A stretch of 64,000 nt of DNA from Nitrospinaceae bacterium (GTDB lineage Bacteria; Nitrospinota; Nitrospinia; Nitrospinales; Nitrospinaceae): positions 2,176,001-2,240,000 of the forward strand of contig OZ250172.1 of assembly GCA_965237905.1 (NCBI GenBank), in the 5' to 3' direction. Position numbers and translations under genes: made by a program. The notes below the pieces were generated by a model, which was not told the DNA's origin, did not search any database, and was given only the letters and a program-made list of their open reading frames with translations. Below, piece by piece: positions 49,818 to 60,128 of this stretch; position 1 is the first letter of the stretch, and the number at the start of each line of letters is the position of its first letter.

Positions 49818-50033
49818 ATGCGATATTTTGTAATTCTATGGGTAGTGGGATTGCTGGCGGGGTGCGCCGCGCCCCAGACTGTTATGCTTGAACATCCCAC
49901 TACTGGCAAGATTGTTCAATGCGGCCCTTTTGAGACGCTTATGGAGGAATCTCAATGTCTTGGTGATTTCGAGTCAAAGGGATATAAAAGAATCTGGCAA
50001 GAGCCACTCATAAAACCTGCCAATAGTTATTAA
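49818..50033 (+). CDS. Small lipoprotein
   Basis: GGAGGGAG RBS; lipobox LAGC; two further Cys. Confidence 0.65.
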   Translation: MRYFVILWVVGLLAGCAAPQTVMLEHPTTGKIVQCGPFETLMEESQCLGDFESKGYKRIWQEPLIKPANSY

Positions 50034-50617
50034 ACTAAAGCGGCCCCTTCATATTCAGGTTCAGTTGTCGCAAAGTATCGATAACCCCCGGTTAAGGTTA
50101 TGGTTGGACTAACCTTAACACCAAAACCGGCCATAAACTGGTAAGCGAAAACAGTTGCGCTATCATCTACAAATGGTGAAAACGGAACACCAGAAACAGA
50201 AAAGTCCGTATTGACATGGGCCACCCCGATTCCTCCGCCTAAATAAGGTACCAAAGAGAAGTTTGGTGTATGAAAATCATAATATCCATTTACCATGAAA
50301 CTTAAAGCTGAAATTTCACCATCGGCGTTTGTCACAACGCCTGGTAGCGAGGATTCATCAACATCATTGCTACGGTATGCAATTTCACCCTCTGCTCTGA
50401 TATTGCCATAATCATATCCTATCGCCCCGGCAATATTGAATCCCGGATCATAACTGGTTTCAAAAGCACTCCCGGGAATACTTGGGTATTCATCATCAGA
50501 ATCCATTAAAAAACTTACTCCCGCAAGCCCCGACACATACATTCCCTTATCTGCGGCCTGAGCAGATGTCGTGATAAAAGCCAAAGCAAAGACAGCCATC
50601 ACAAGTAATCGTTTCAT
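50030..50617 (-). pseudogene. Opacity/OmpA-type 8-stranded outer membrane beta-barrel, apparently 3'-truncated
   Basis: GAIGYD..IRAEGE, MVNGYYDF, PYLGGGIG, FAYQFMAG, GYRYF; lacks the last strand and terminal Phe. Confidence 0.65.
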
Positions 50618-50814
50618 TACCTCCCCTCCTATTAATGCAGTAAATTTAGATAAAAGGAAGCTTACAAAAGCCACCACTCTACAAGGGTAAATCTAAACAA
50701 GAATATACTACATTTTTGGCCGGTACGGTTAATCGCATTCCTGCTCGTTCATGCAACACAAACATTGGCCCTTCGCTGGTCCCTTAAATGCACCAGCCTT
50801 GCGCTGTGGTTGTA

Positions 50815-51249
50815 TCAGCGTCTTTTTGGAATCATCTTAAATTTAAAAAATGGAGCTTCCTTGAAAAAGTTGGCACTGCCGGGGACCGCCGCCGCGCGTC
50901 CAGCCGCAGAATCTTCCCGTTTTTTGAGGTCCGCTTGCTGTTCCGAGTATTTATCCCAAAGATACTTTTTAACATCATTCGGGGTGGGACCCAAAGCCTC
51001 CTTTTCCGCCCGCTTCAATTTTTGACGTGCTCGGATTTCCAAAACCGGATCGATCGCATCATCCGCAGAGGCCTCATCGACAATGCTGTTCAGAATCACT
51101 ATGATTTCCTCCCGCATTGCCAGTCGCTCCTTGAGGATGGTCTCGTAGGGCTCCAATACCTCAGGATCGGGTGCGGAATCACACCCCACTCCGGCCAAAA
51201 GTGCCAGTCCCAGGATGCCGCAGGCTAAGTATGTCGGATAACCTTTCAT
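50815..51249 (-). CDS. Hypothetical lipoprotein
   Basis: Signal peptide ending GVGC; TAGACA-17-GATAAT promoter directly upstream. Confidence 0.6.
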   Translation of the reverse strand: MKGYPTYLACGILGLALLAGVGCDSAPDPEVLEPYETILKERLAMREEIIVILNSIVDEASADDAIDPVLEIRARQKLKRAEKEALGPTPNDVKKYLWDKYSEQQADLKKREDSAAGRAAAVPGSANFFKEAPFFKFKMIPKRR

Positions 51250-51393
51250 ATTTTAATTATCAGGAAGGGTAGAGTACTTGTCTACTGTTTTACGAAGATT
51301 TTGAAGGAATCCATCCCTGAAAGTTTCCCGCGGCACCAAATCCCCCCGGCCCCCCAAAGCCCCCTAGCCCCCTTCGGAGAAGGGGGGACAAAA

Positions 51394-52770
51394 TCACTTA
51401 CCAATACAGAAATCGACAAAGATCTGGTCGAGGAGGTCGTCGACGAAGGTTTTGCCGAGGATGCCGCCGAGGTGCTCGAGGGCGATGTTGAGGTCGACGG
51501 CGATGAGGTCTTCAGACCGGTCTTCCTGCAGGGATTGCGACACGCGCCCCAGCGCTTCCTGCGCCAGCGCCAGCGCCTGCCGGTGTCGTTCGCGTGTGAT
51601 CACCACCGCTTCGCCCGACGTTCTTCCCCCCAGCGCGGACTGATACAGGGCATCTTTTAAGGCGTCCATTCCATCCCCCGTCGTCGCCGACAGCGCCAGG
51701 AGGGCGGGGCCCTCAGCCAGCTTTTCCAGATCGGCGCCATCCAGTTTCTGCGGCAGATCGCTTTTGTTGAGGAGGACGAGTTTCTTTTTATCGGCCACTT
51801 CTTTAATCAGCATGGCGTCGTTGGTGTCGAGTGCCTGCGATCCGTCGAAGATCACCAGCGCGAGATCCGCCTGCGCCAGCGCGTGCCTTGTGCGCTCGAT
51901 GCCGTGCTCTTCGATTGTGCCCGGCTGGTGGCGGAGTCCGGCGGTATCGACAATCGTAATGTGGATGTCCCGGATGCGCACGCGTTCTTCGAGTGTGTCG
52001 CGCGTGGTGCCGGGGTGGGGGGTGACGATGGCGCGGTCTTCCTGCAACAGCGCGTTGAGCAGTGACGATTTGCCGACATTCGGTTTGCCGACCAGCGCGA
52101 CCCTTAAGCCTTCGCGGTAAATCCTGCCCTGGCGGTAGGAGTCGACCAGCTTTTTGATTTCCGCGTGTGTCCCCTGGATATTTTTATCGAGTTGTTGTTT
52201 CTGGGTGAACTCGAGTCCTTCTTCCGGGAAGTCGATCGCCGCCTCCAACTGCGCGAGGACCTGCACCAGCGCATCGTACAGTGCGTTGAGTTTGTCCGAG
52301 AGTTGGCCCTTGAGTTGGGCGAGGGCGGACGCCAGGGCTTTGTCCGACGCGGCGTGAATGACGTCGGCCACCGCTTCCGCCTGCGACAGGTCGAGCCTGC
52401 CATTGAGAAACGCGCGGCGTGTGAACTCGCCGGGTTCGGCGGCACGCGCTCCCTGGTCGAGCACGAGTTGCAAAATTTTCGAGGAGACATAGGTGCCGCC
52501 GTGGCCGTGAATTTCGATCACGTCTTCGCCGGTATAACTGTGCGGCGCGCGGAAGCGGATCAGCAGAACCTCGTCGACTGCCTGGCCGTTGGCGGGGTCG
52601 ATCAGGTTGCCGTAAACCACCCTCTGCGGTTCGAGGTCGGTTACCTTACCTCCGCCTTGCGGTTGGAACAGGGCCGAGGCGATGGGCACGGCTTCGGGGC
52701 CGCTGATGCGGATGATGTTGATGCCGCCTTCACCGATGGGTGTGGCAATGGCGGCGACTGTATCGTTCAT
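51394..52770 (-). CDS. mnmE: tRNA uridine-34 modification GTPase MnmE (TrmE)
   Basis: DTVAAIATP, GKPNVGKSS, GTTRD, DTAG, NKSD, FCIGK. Confidence 0.97.
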   Translation of the reverse strand: MNDTVAAIATPIGEGGINIIRISGPEAVPIASALFQPQGGGKVTDLEPQRVVYGNLIDPANGQAVDEVLLIRFRAPHSYTGEDVIEIHGHGGTYVSSKILQLVLDQGARAAEPGEFTRRAFLNGRLDLSQAEAVADVIHAASDKALASALAQLKGQLSDKLNALYDALVQVLAQLEAAIDFPEEGLEFTQKQQLDKNIQGTHAEIKKLVDSYRQGRIYREGLRVALVGKPNVGKSSLLNALLQEDRAIVTPHPGTTRDTLEERVRIRDIHITIVDTAGLRHQPGTIEEHGIERTRHALAQADLALVIFDGSQALDTNDAMLIKEVADKKKLVLLNKSDLPQKLDGADLEKLAEGPALLALSATTGDGMDALKDALYQSALGGRTSGEAVVITRERHRQALALAQEALGRVSQSLQEDRSEDLIAVDLNIALEHLGGILGKTFVDDLLDQIFVDFCIGK

Positions 52771-52814
52771 AATGAAGATAACCGATTTTTATTTATACAA
52801 AAGGCAGAAGGAAT

Positions 52815-52906
52815 AAGCCCCCCGGCCCCCTTCGGAGAAGGGGGAGGCGGAGGACCTCCGCTGGTAATATACAACCTAGATCCTTCGCTCACGCTCAGGA
52901 TGACAA
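52815..52906. repeat. REP-like palindromes
   Basis: CCCCCTTCGGAGAAGGGGG (also near 51368) and GATCCTTCGCTCACGCTCAGGATGACA. Confidence 0.7.
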
Positions 52907-52974
52907 TAAGGGAATTGCGCCCAGTGATTATTGTGTGCGAGCAACTGTCAGCCAGTTCCCCGTCCCGGTAGGGA

Positions 52975-54663
52975 CTAGTCTTTTGCTACATGGTAGATAT
53001 AGTATTGCTGGGCGATGGTCAACAGGTTGTTGACGGTCCAGTAGATGACCAGTCCGGAGGGGAAGGTGATGAACAGAAAGGTGAAGATGATGGGCATGAA
53101 CATGAAAATCTTCTGCTGCATCGGGTCGGCGGTGGAGGGCGTCATTTTCTGTTGCAGGAACATGGTGGCGCCCATCAGCACGGGGGTGACGTAATAGGGG
53201 TCCTGTGCGGAGAGGTCCTGAATCCACAGCATGAACGGCGCGCCGCGCAGTTCGATGGAAAAGAACAGGGCGTGATAGAGCGAGATGAAGACCGGAATCT
53301 GCAACAGCATGGGCAGACAGCCGCCGAGCGGGTTGACCTTGTATTTTTTGTAGAGGCCCATCATCTCCTCGTTGATTTTCTGCCGGTCGCCCTTGTGCCG
53401 CTCCTGAATGACTTTGATGTACGGTGCGATTTTCTGCATGCCCTTCATCGACTTGAAGCTTTTGTGCGTCAGCGGGAACAGAATCATTTTGATGACGATG
53501 GTGAGGCAGATAATGGCCCAGCCGTAGTTGCCGATGATCCCGTAAAAAAAGCTGAGGGCTTTCAGCATGGGTTTCACCAGGAAGGCGAACTTGTTGCCCA
53601 GCCAGCCGTAGTCGATCAGGCGGAACAGTTTGTGGCCAGAGTTCTCCAGCGTTTCCAGATTTTTGGTGCCGACGTACAGCAAATGCGTGGCCGAGGCGGA
53701 CGATTGCACCGACTCGAAATTGAGCCCGACGTAAACCTGGTCTTCGCTCTTTTTGACGACCCGGGCAGACTTGATGCCTTTATCGGGAATCAGTGCCGCG
53801 GCGAAATATTTGTTCTGGAACGAAGTCCATTCAATGTCCCCGCGATAAGTGATGGATGATTTCTCCATATCCTCGGGCCGGGTTTCCTCCCGTTCGTTGT
53901 TCGCGAACGTGGTGGGTCCGTTGAACGAGATGAAGTCGGCCTTCATTTCCACCGCTCCGCCCAGGCCGGGTCCCCAGAGGACGGAGTACTGCAGGTTTTC
54001 CGCGATCATGTTGGGGGCTTTGATTTGGGTGTCTACGGAAATCAAGGCGTTGTCCCATTCGAAATGAAAGGTGCGCGTTACCTCGAAACCGGAGGGGTGT
54101 TGCAAATGGAACACCAGGTCGGATGAGGGATTAAACTCGTTGATTTCGATGAATTGTTTTGACGGTTGAAAATGACCGTTCGCCAGCACCTGATTGACCG
54201 TCGCGTGCTCTGTCTCCAGAGTCAGCGGGTATTTGGCGCCTGGAACCTGCGGGATCAGGTCGATGGGTCCGTCTCCCTCGAGATTGGTGTATTGGTGCAT
54301 TTCGACATGTTTGAGCACGCCGCCACGGCTGGAAAAGATCAACGTGGTTTGGCCTTTGGTGACGTTCACCAGAATTTCTGCATGCGTTTCCGGAACCTGT
54401 GTAGAGGGCGCGGATTGTTGCGACTCGGGCACCGTTGGCTCGGTTTCACCCGAGGGCAGAGATTGGGACGGTAGCGGTTGTGACGGCAGAGCAGGGACTT
54501 CCGGAGTGCCGGGTAACGGGGCACTTTTTGGCCCTTGCGCGGGTTGCTCGATCTCGCCGGTTGCTTCCTGTGGCGGTGGCGGCGAAATTTTTGACAGAAA
54601 CACTCCCCAAAAAATGAAGACCACCAGTGACAGCCCGAAAGCGATCATCGCTCTATTTTCCAA
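52975..54663 (-). CDS. yidC: Membrane protein insertase YidC
   Basis: DYGW, GNYGWAII, NPLGGCLPMLLQIPVF, WIQDLS..DP, PSGLVIYW. Confidence 0.96.
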   Translation of the reverse strand: MENRAMIAFGLSLVVFIFWGVFLSKISPPPPQEATGEIEQPAQGPKSAPLPGTPEVPALPSQPLPSQSLPSGETEPTVPESQQSAPSTQVPETHAEILVNVTKGQTTLIFSSRGGVLKHVEMHQYTNLEGDGPIDLIPQVPGAKYPLTLETEHATVNQVLANGHFQPSKQFIEINEFNPSSDLVFHLQHPSGFEVTRTFHFEWDNALISVDTQIKAPNMIAENLQYSVLWGPGLGGAVEMKADFISFNGPTTFANNEREETRPEDMEKSSITYRGDIEWTSFQNKYFAAALIPDKGIKSARVVKKSEDQVYVGLNFESVQSSASATHLLYVGTKNLETLENSGHKLFRLIDYGWLGNKFAFLVKPMLKALSFFYGIIGNYGWAIICLTIVIKMILFPLTHKSFKSMKGMQKIAPYIKVIQERHKGDRQKINEEMMGLYKKYKVNPLGGCLPMLLQIPVFISLYHALFFSIELRGAPFMLWIQDLSAQDPYYVTPVLMGATMFLQQKMTPSTADPMQQKIFMFMPIIFTFLFITFPSGLVIYWTVNNLLTIAQQYYIYHVAKD

Positions 54664-54680
54664 CGTTCAATCTCCTGTCA

Positions 54681-54893
54681 TTATTTGAGCGGATCGTGTC
54701 CCCCTTCATGCCAGGGGTGGCATTTCATCAGCCGGGCCACAATCAACCCTGCGGCTTTGAACAGCGAAAACCGTTCCAGGGCCTGGCAGGAATATTCCGA
54801 GCAGGAGGGATGAAAGCGGCATGCGGGCATCAGCATGGGCGAAATCCATCTTTGATAAAAGCGAATCGCTAATTTAAAAATCCGGTTCAACAT
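54681..54893 (-). CDS. yidD: Membrane protein insertion efficiency factor YidD
   Basis: YQRWISP..CRFHPSCSEY..CHPW..GGHDP. Confidence 0.95.
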   Translation of the reverse strand: MLNRIFKLAIRFYQRWISPMLMPACRFHPSCSEYSCQALERFSLFKAAGLIVARLMKCHPWHEGGHDPLK

Positions 54894-54948
54894 GGTTCAA
54901 CTATTCTTGAGGGAAACAATGAGGTGATAACGGGTTTCAAGGATTACT

Positions 54949-55293
54949 TTATTGCGCGGCCTGAAGTGTTTGTGTCAGTTTTTGTTCCAGGAGGGCATAA
55001 GGCAGGTTGACCAGTTTTCTCGCGGAGACCACCACGATATCCATGTCTTGTCCCCCCAGGTTTTTATGGCGCCGGAAGATTTCCCTGATTTTCCGTTTAG
55101 CCCGGTTCCGGTCCACCGCATTGCCGATTTTTCGTGAAGCGATGATTCCTAACCGTTTCCGGCCTAATGGGTTGGGGAGAAAAAACAAAGTGCAGGTGCG
55201 ATCCACCGTTTTTTTCCGGCCCTGGGTCATTACCTTTTTGAAATCGGAGCGGGCCAGCAACCGTTCATCCTTGGTAAACGACTGGTTCACCAT
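54949..55293 (-). CDS. rnpA: Ribonuclease P protein component
   Basis: RLGIIASRKIGNAVDRNRAKR; conserved synteny. Confidence 0.95.
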   Translation of the reverse strand: MVNQSFTKDERLLARSDFKKVMTQGRKKTVDRTCTLFFLPNPLGRKRLGIIASRKIGNAVDRNRAKRKIREIFRRHKNLGGQDMDIVVVSARKLVNLPYALLEQKLTQTLQAAQ

Positions 55294-55296
55294 GAC

Positions 55297-55431
55297 TCAG
55301 ACCGCCAGCCGTTTGCGTCCTTTTCGCCGTCGGTTGGCCAATACCCGGCGCCCTCCTACAGTGGCACTACGGGCGCGGAACCCATGGGTCCGTTTTCTGC
55401 GTAAATTTTTGGGTTGATACGTTCGTTTCAT
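55297..55431 (-). CDS. rpmH: 50S ribosomal protein L34
   Basis: Manual translation [44 protein letters not shown]; below the ORF-track cutoff. Confidence 0.97.
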   Translation of the reverse strand: MKRTYQPKNLRRKRTHGFRARSATVGGRRVLANRRRKGRKRLAV

Positions 55432-55754
55432 ACAATGCCCCAGACCGCAATTAGCTATAACTAATTGATTTCAAAAGAGTTAATTGATTTTAGGAAAATG
55501 GTGCAGGAAATCAGCATCGATTATTTCATCCGGCCTGACGCTTGTCAAGGGAAGTTTTCTGGCGTGCTCAGAGAGGCAGTCGTCCTTTGCGGCTTTTCCG
55601 TAGGAAATGAATTACTAATCGTATTTTCAGACAGTTCCACAAATATTTCTATTTACATCAAGGGTGAATTTGCTATCATAAGTTTATCCTAATTGTTTAA
55701 AAAAAAAGGCCTAAGTGGAGTTTTCACTGTCGCCGACCCATTTGAAGAAGGAGC

Positions 55755-56834
55755 TTGGTTATGGCTCGTTGGAACACAATCCCTGGATACACCTTAATGG
55801 CTTTAACAGGCTTGATCCTGTCCGGAAATCCGGTTTTCGCGGAATCGTCTGAGAAACAAATATATCAAGTGGCGCAAAACGTACCCGGACTGGATACTCT
55901 CGATGAGGGGAAAGGAACCCTGGGCGGGGAAGAAGAGAAACCGTTCATAGAGACTTCAGAAGAAGGCAAGAAAAGATTCAAAAGGACCGAAGGTATTCAA
56001 GCCAAAGAGGTGCTTTCAACGACTGGAGATCTGGGGGACGATGCCAAAACATTGATTCCTTATTCCCAGTTTTTCACCGCGGGATATGTGGGAGAGGAAA
56101 TGGATCCGGTAGGCGGTATTTTAGGCGTCCGGGCGACAAGATCCTACGGGGGCTTGATTTCCATTGATGCCATGACGGTGACGGACTTTATTTACATGGA
56201 TATTGGGCAGGAAGATGATGTTGAGGTGGGAGACCGCTTCATTGTGTATTCACAGTACTACGAAATCCTCCATCCTCTGCAAACCTTTCTCGTCACCTTT
56301 GAAAGGGAAATTGATTTGCTGGACGGCCCCTACGAGGGCGATTTCTATTATAATACGTTTGCTCCCCAGACTGATGTAGTTGGGAGTCAAATCCTGGTCA
56401 AAGGAGTGATCCGGGTCACAGAGACGGCGAGCATTACTTCCAAAGCGGTTGTTGAGCAGGCCTTTAATCCGATCCACGTTGATGACCTCATCGTCCCCTT
56501 TCCTGAAAGGCGTCCCCCCATGATAGCCCTGAATTATATTCCTCCGAAAAAGGATATCCAGGGATATATTCTCGGTAACCGTGGCAACAATCTGATGTTC
56601 ACCATGAATGATGTGGTGTTTCTCGATCAGGGGGAAGAAGATGGGGTGGATGTGGGAGATCGTTTCGAGATTTATGCGTATCCTCTGACCATCGATGAAG
56701 ATGAAGATGATATCAATCCTGAAGTTATCGGTGAAATCGCTGTTATTTCCCTTCAGGAAGATACAGCCACGGGGGTCATTCTGAATGTTACCGAACCGAT
56801 CATCCCGGGTCACAAGGTCCGAAGCAAACGCTGA
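55755..56834 (+). CDS. Exported protein with two FlgT-C/TsaP-like beta domains, no LysM seen
   Basis: Signal peptide; two (Y/F).D.G..D.V.VGDRF repeats. Confidence 0.5.
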   Translation: MVMARWNTIPGYTLMALTGLILSGNPVFAESSEKQIYQVAQNVPGLDTLDEGKGTLGGEEEKPFIETSEEGKKRFKRTEGIQAKEVLSTTGDLGDDAKTLIPYSQFFTAGYVGEEMDPVGGILGVRATRSYGGLISIDAMTVTDFIYMDIGQEDDVEVGDRFIVYSQYYEILHPLQTFLVTFEREIDLLDGPYEGDFYYNTFAPQTDVVGSQILVKGVIRVTETASITSKAVVEQAFNPIHVDDLIVPFPERRPPMIALNYIPPKKDIQGYILGNRGNNLMFTMNDVVFLDQGEEDGVDVGDRFEIYAYPLTIDEDEDDINPEVIGEIAVISLQEDTATGVILNVTEPIIPGHKVRSKR

Positions 56835-56838
56835 AGAC

Positions 56839-58047
56839 TCAGGTCGTGATTTTCAGAAACCGTTTTTTCCCCACCTTGATCAGGTATTCCTGATCTCCGT
56901 TCAGGGTCAGGTTTTCATCAGTGACCTTTTCCCCATCGACCGATACGGCGCCTTGCTTGATCATGCGTTTGGCATCCGAGGTGCTGGGGCAGACCTTGGC
57001 ATCGGATAGCACTTTTCCAATCCAGCGCGGTTCCGCTCCCCAGGTTTTCAGTGTGGGAATATCCTTGGGGATGTTTTTATCCTTGAATACATTCTCAAAT
57101 TCCTGGGTGGCTTGTTCTGCGGCTTCTTCGGAATGGTAACGTGCCACCAACTCCTTACCCAGTTGCACCTTAACATGCTTCGGATTCATCCCTCCATTCA
57201 CAGTTTTATCTTGAAGTGTCTTTAAATCGCTCGCCGCGATATCGCTCAACAATTCAAAATAACGCCACATGAGATCGTCAGAGATCGACATGATTTTCCC
57301 GAACATTTCTCCCGGCGGGTCCATCACGCCGATACTGTTGCCCAGGCTTTTGCTCATTTTCTGAACGCCATCCGTTCCTTCCAGCAAGGGCATGGTGATG
57401 ATGTTCTGCGGCTCGATCTTGTAGGCTCGTTGCAGATCCCTTCCCACCAGCAGATTGAATTTTTGATCGGTACCTCCCAATTCCACCTCCGATTTCATGG
57501 CCACCGAATCGTATCCCTGAATCAACGGATACAACAGTTCGTGAATAGAGACGGGTTGATTGTTGGCCAGGCGTTTTTGAAAATCGTCGCGTTCGATCAT
57601 GCGGGCGACGGTGTATCGAGCGGCGAGATTGATCATGTCTGTCGAGGAGAACTTGTTCATCCACTCACTGTTGAACATGACAGTGGTTTTGTTTTTATCG
57701 AGGATTTTATACACCTGCTCCAGATAGGTTTGGGCATTGACCTTGACTTCTTCCGGCGTCAGGCTTTTGCGGGTTTCGGATTTGCCGGTCGGGTCGCCGA
57801 TCATCCCCGTGAAATCGCCAATCAGAAACACCACTTCGTGGCCCAGCTCCTGGAACTGTTTCATCTTTTGCAGAAGCACCGTATGGCCGAGGTGCAGATC
57901 TGGAGCCGTGGGATCGAAGCCGGCCTTGACTCGCAGGGGCTTGCCTGTTTTAATGGATTTCTCCAAAGCGCGGGCCAGGTCTTTTTCGTCTATAATTTCC
58001 GACGTGCCGCGTTTGATGATTTTAAGTTGTTCTTGGACGGAGGCCAT
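56839..58047 (-). CDS. tyrS: Tyrosine--tRNA ligase
   Basis: [29 protein letters not shown]4 domain. Confidence 0.97.
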   Translation of the reverse strand: MASVQEQLKIIKRGTSEIIDEKDLARALEKSIKTGKPLRVKAGFDPTAPDLHLGHTVLLQKMKQFQELGHEVVFLIGDFTGMIGDPTGKSETRKSLTPEEVKVNAQTYLEQVYKILDKNKTTVMFNSEWMNKFSSTDMINLAARYTVARMIERDDFQKRLANNQPVSIHELLYPLIQGYDSVAMKSEVELGGTDQKFNLLVGRDLQRAYKIEPQNIITMPLLEGTDGVQKMSKSLGNSIGVMDPPGEMFGKIMSISDDLMWRYFELLSDIAASDLKTLQDKTVNGGMNPKHVKVQLGKELVARYHSEEAAEQATQEFENVFKDKNIPKDIPTLKTWGAEPRWIGKVLSDAKVCPSTSDAKRMIKQGAVSVDGEKVTDENLTLNGDQEYLIKVGKKRFLKITT

Positions 58048-58175
58048 GGCTTCGTGGGAAAGGATGGTCACTAAAAGGGGAAAGCTATCATACCCCCTTG
58101 CAAACTGCAATCGGTTTGGGAAGAAAGACCGTCAAGCGGTTTGCCGGCTTTTATCATTCACTCAATGAGTTCATC

Positions 58176-58541
58176 ATGTCAGAATCCCAACCTCTATCCG
58201 CGCGCCTGAAAAAATACCATCAGGCCGCCATCGGTTTTGTGTTGTTGAACGTAGCCTATCTGATTCTGAGTTATTGGAAGGTGCCTTCCTTTGATATTAC
58301 TCCTGCCAAGGCCGCAGGATATCTGGTTTTTTTGGTGATTTTTATCGGGGGGTTGTCCGTTTTTATATACCGGGGTTCCCGGAAGCTGGTGTTGGTGTTA
58401 GCGGCGTTTTATGCCGGGCGTATTCTGTTTTCTTCGTATACGCTTGTAATGGGAACGGCGTTTCCACTGGTTCCCTATGTGTTACCCACAACCCTTATCA
58501 GTTTTTATCTGTTTGGGCGGGCGCTCTGGAACTGGCCTTGA
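58176..58541 (+). CDS. Small membrane protein (about 4 TM)
   Basis: Hydrophobic ORF upstream of hutH. Confidence 0.65.
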   Translation: MSESQPLSARLKKYHQAAIGFVLLNVAYLILSYWKVPSFDITPAKAAGYLVFLVIFIGGLSVFIYRGSRKLVLVLAAFYAGRILFSSYTLVMGTAFPLVPYVLPTTLISFYLFGRALWNWP

Positions 58542-58569
58542 ACTGTTTAACGACTCTGGATAACTTGCG

Positions 58570-60096
58570 ATGAAGCCTTTGGTATTGAACGGCGACCAAC
58601 TGACTTTGGATGACGCGGTCTCCGCCTTACGCGGCGGGGCCTCCGTCAAAATATCGTCTGAGGCTAAACAAAGGGTGAAGGCGGCGCGGTTGCATATCGA
58701 TGCGGCCGTCCGCGAGAAAAAGGTGATCTATGGCATCACCACCGGGTTCGGCGCGTTCAGTGATGTGACTATTTCCCGCGCCCAGGGAAAACAGCTTCAA
58801 AAAAATATTCTCATGAGCCATGCCGCAGGTGTGGGGAATCCTTTAGCAGATGATATGGTTCGCTGTGCTTTGCTGTTGATGATCAACAGTAAAGCCAAGG
58901 GGCATTCCGGCCTGCGTCCTAAAACCCTGGACACATTAATCGGGTTATTCAATAAAAAGGTGGTTCCTGTCGTTCCGGAACAGGGATCGGTGGGGGCCAG
59001 TGGCGACCTCGCGCCTTTGGCACACCTGTCGTTGGTGCTGATCGGACGGGGCCAGGCGCGTTACCAGGGTCGGACGCTTTCGGGAGCGCAGGCGCTCAAA
59101 CGCGCCGGCATCGCTCCCGTCGAGTTGGCGGAAGGGGAGGGCCTGGCCCTCATCAACGGGACTCAGGTCATGACAGCCATCGGCGTACTCAACTTGCACC
59201 GGGCCATCCAATTGGCCAAGGTCCTGGACATCGCCGCTTCGATGAGTCTCGAAGTATTACTGGGAAGCAACAAGCAATTCCACAAACGCATTCATCACCT
59301 ACGACCGCATCCGGGGCAGATCGATTCCGCCGCCAACATGCGGCGCATCACCGATGGCAGTGAGATTATTTCTTCACACAAGGATTGCGGGCGCGTGCAG
59401 GATGCCTATTCCCTACGGTGCGTGCCGCAGGTGCATGGCGCCAGCCGCGATACTTTGGCTCACGTCAAGCGGGTTGTCGAAACGGAAATGAATTCCGCCA
59501 CCGAAAATCCACTGGTGTTTCCCAACGGGCAGGTGATGTCCGGCGGAAACTTTCACGGCCAGCCGGTGGCGCTGGTGATGGATTTTCTGGCCATTGCGCT
59601 GGCGGAATTTGCCAGTATTTCCGAAAGGCGCGTGGAACGGATGGTCAATCCCATGCTGAGCGGACTGCCATCATTCCTGATTGAGGAAGGCGGAGTGAAC
59701 TCCGGCTTCATGATCGTCCAATACACCGCCGCGGCGTTGGTGTCGGAAAACAAGGTGCTGGCACATCCGGCTTCCGTCGATTCGATCCCGACGTCCGCCA
59801 ACAAGGAAGATCATGTGAGCATGGGGACGATTGCCGCACGCAAGGCGGGTCAGGTGTTGGAGAATGTCAAGCAGGTGGCGGCCATCGAATTGTTGTGCGC
59901 GGCACAGGCGTTGGATTTGTTCACCAACCTGAAGCCGGGAAAAGGATCGCTCGCTGCTTACAAAGTGATCCGCCGCCACATCAAACATATGAAGCGCGAT
60001 CGGGAGCTGGCGCCGGATATTGCAACCGTCGCCGCCCTCATTGATAATGATGAAATATTAAAGGCCGTCGAAAAAACCTCCGGACCTCTCTTGTAA
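58570..60096 (+). CDS. hutH: Histidine ammonia-lyase
   Basis: YGITTGFG, SHAAG (His-specific), GSVGASGDLAPL (MIO), QDAYSLRC, GGNFHG, EDHVSMG. Confidence 0.93.
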   Translation: MKPLVLNGDQLTLDDAVSALRGGASVKISSEAKQRVKAARLHIDAAVREKKVIYGITTGFGAFSDVTISRAQGKQLQKNILMSHAAGVGNPLADDMVRCALLLMINSKAKGHSGLRPKTLDTLIGLFNKKVVPVVPEQGSVGASGDLAPLAHLSLVLIGRGQARYQGRTLSGAQALKRAGIAPVELAEGEGLALINGTQVMTAIGVLNLHRAIQLAKVLDIAASMSLEVLLGSNKQFHKRIHHLRPHPGQIDSAANMRRITDGSEIISSHKDCGRVQDAYSLRCVPQVHGASRDTLAHVKRVVETEMNSATENPLVFPNGQVMSGGNFHGQPVALVMDFLAIALAEFASISERRVERMVNPMLSGLPSFLIEEGGVNSGFMIVQYTAAALVSENKVLAHPASVDSIPTSANKEDHVSMGTIAARKAGQVLENVKQVAAIELLCAAQALDLFTNLKPGKGSLAAYKVIRRHIKHMKRDRELAPDIATVAALIDNDEILKAVEKTSGPLL

Positions 60097-60128
60097 TCAA
60101 CCTTATTTTTGAGCCATCCTATCAATCA

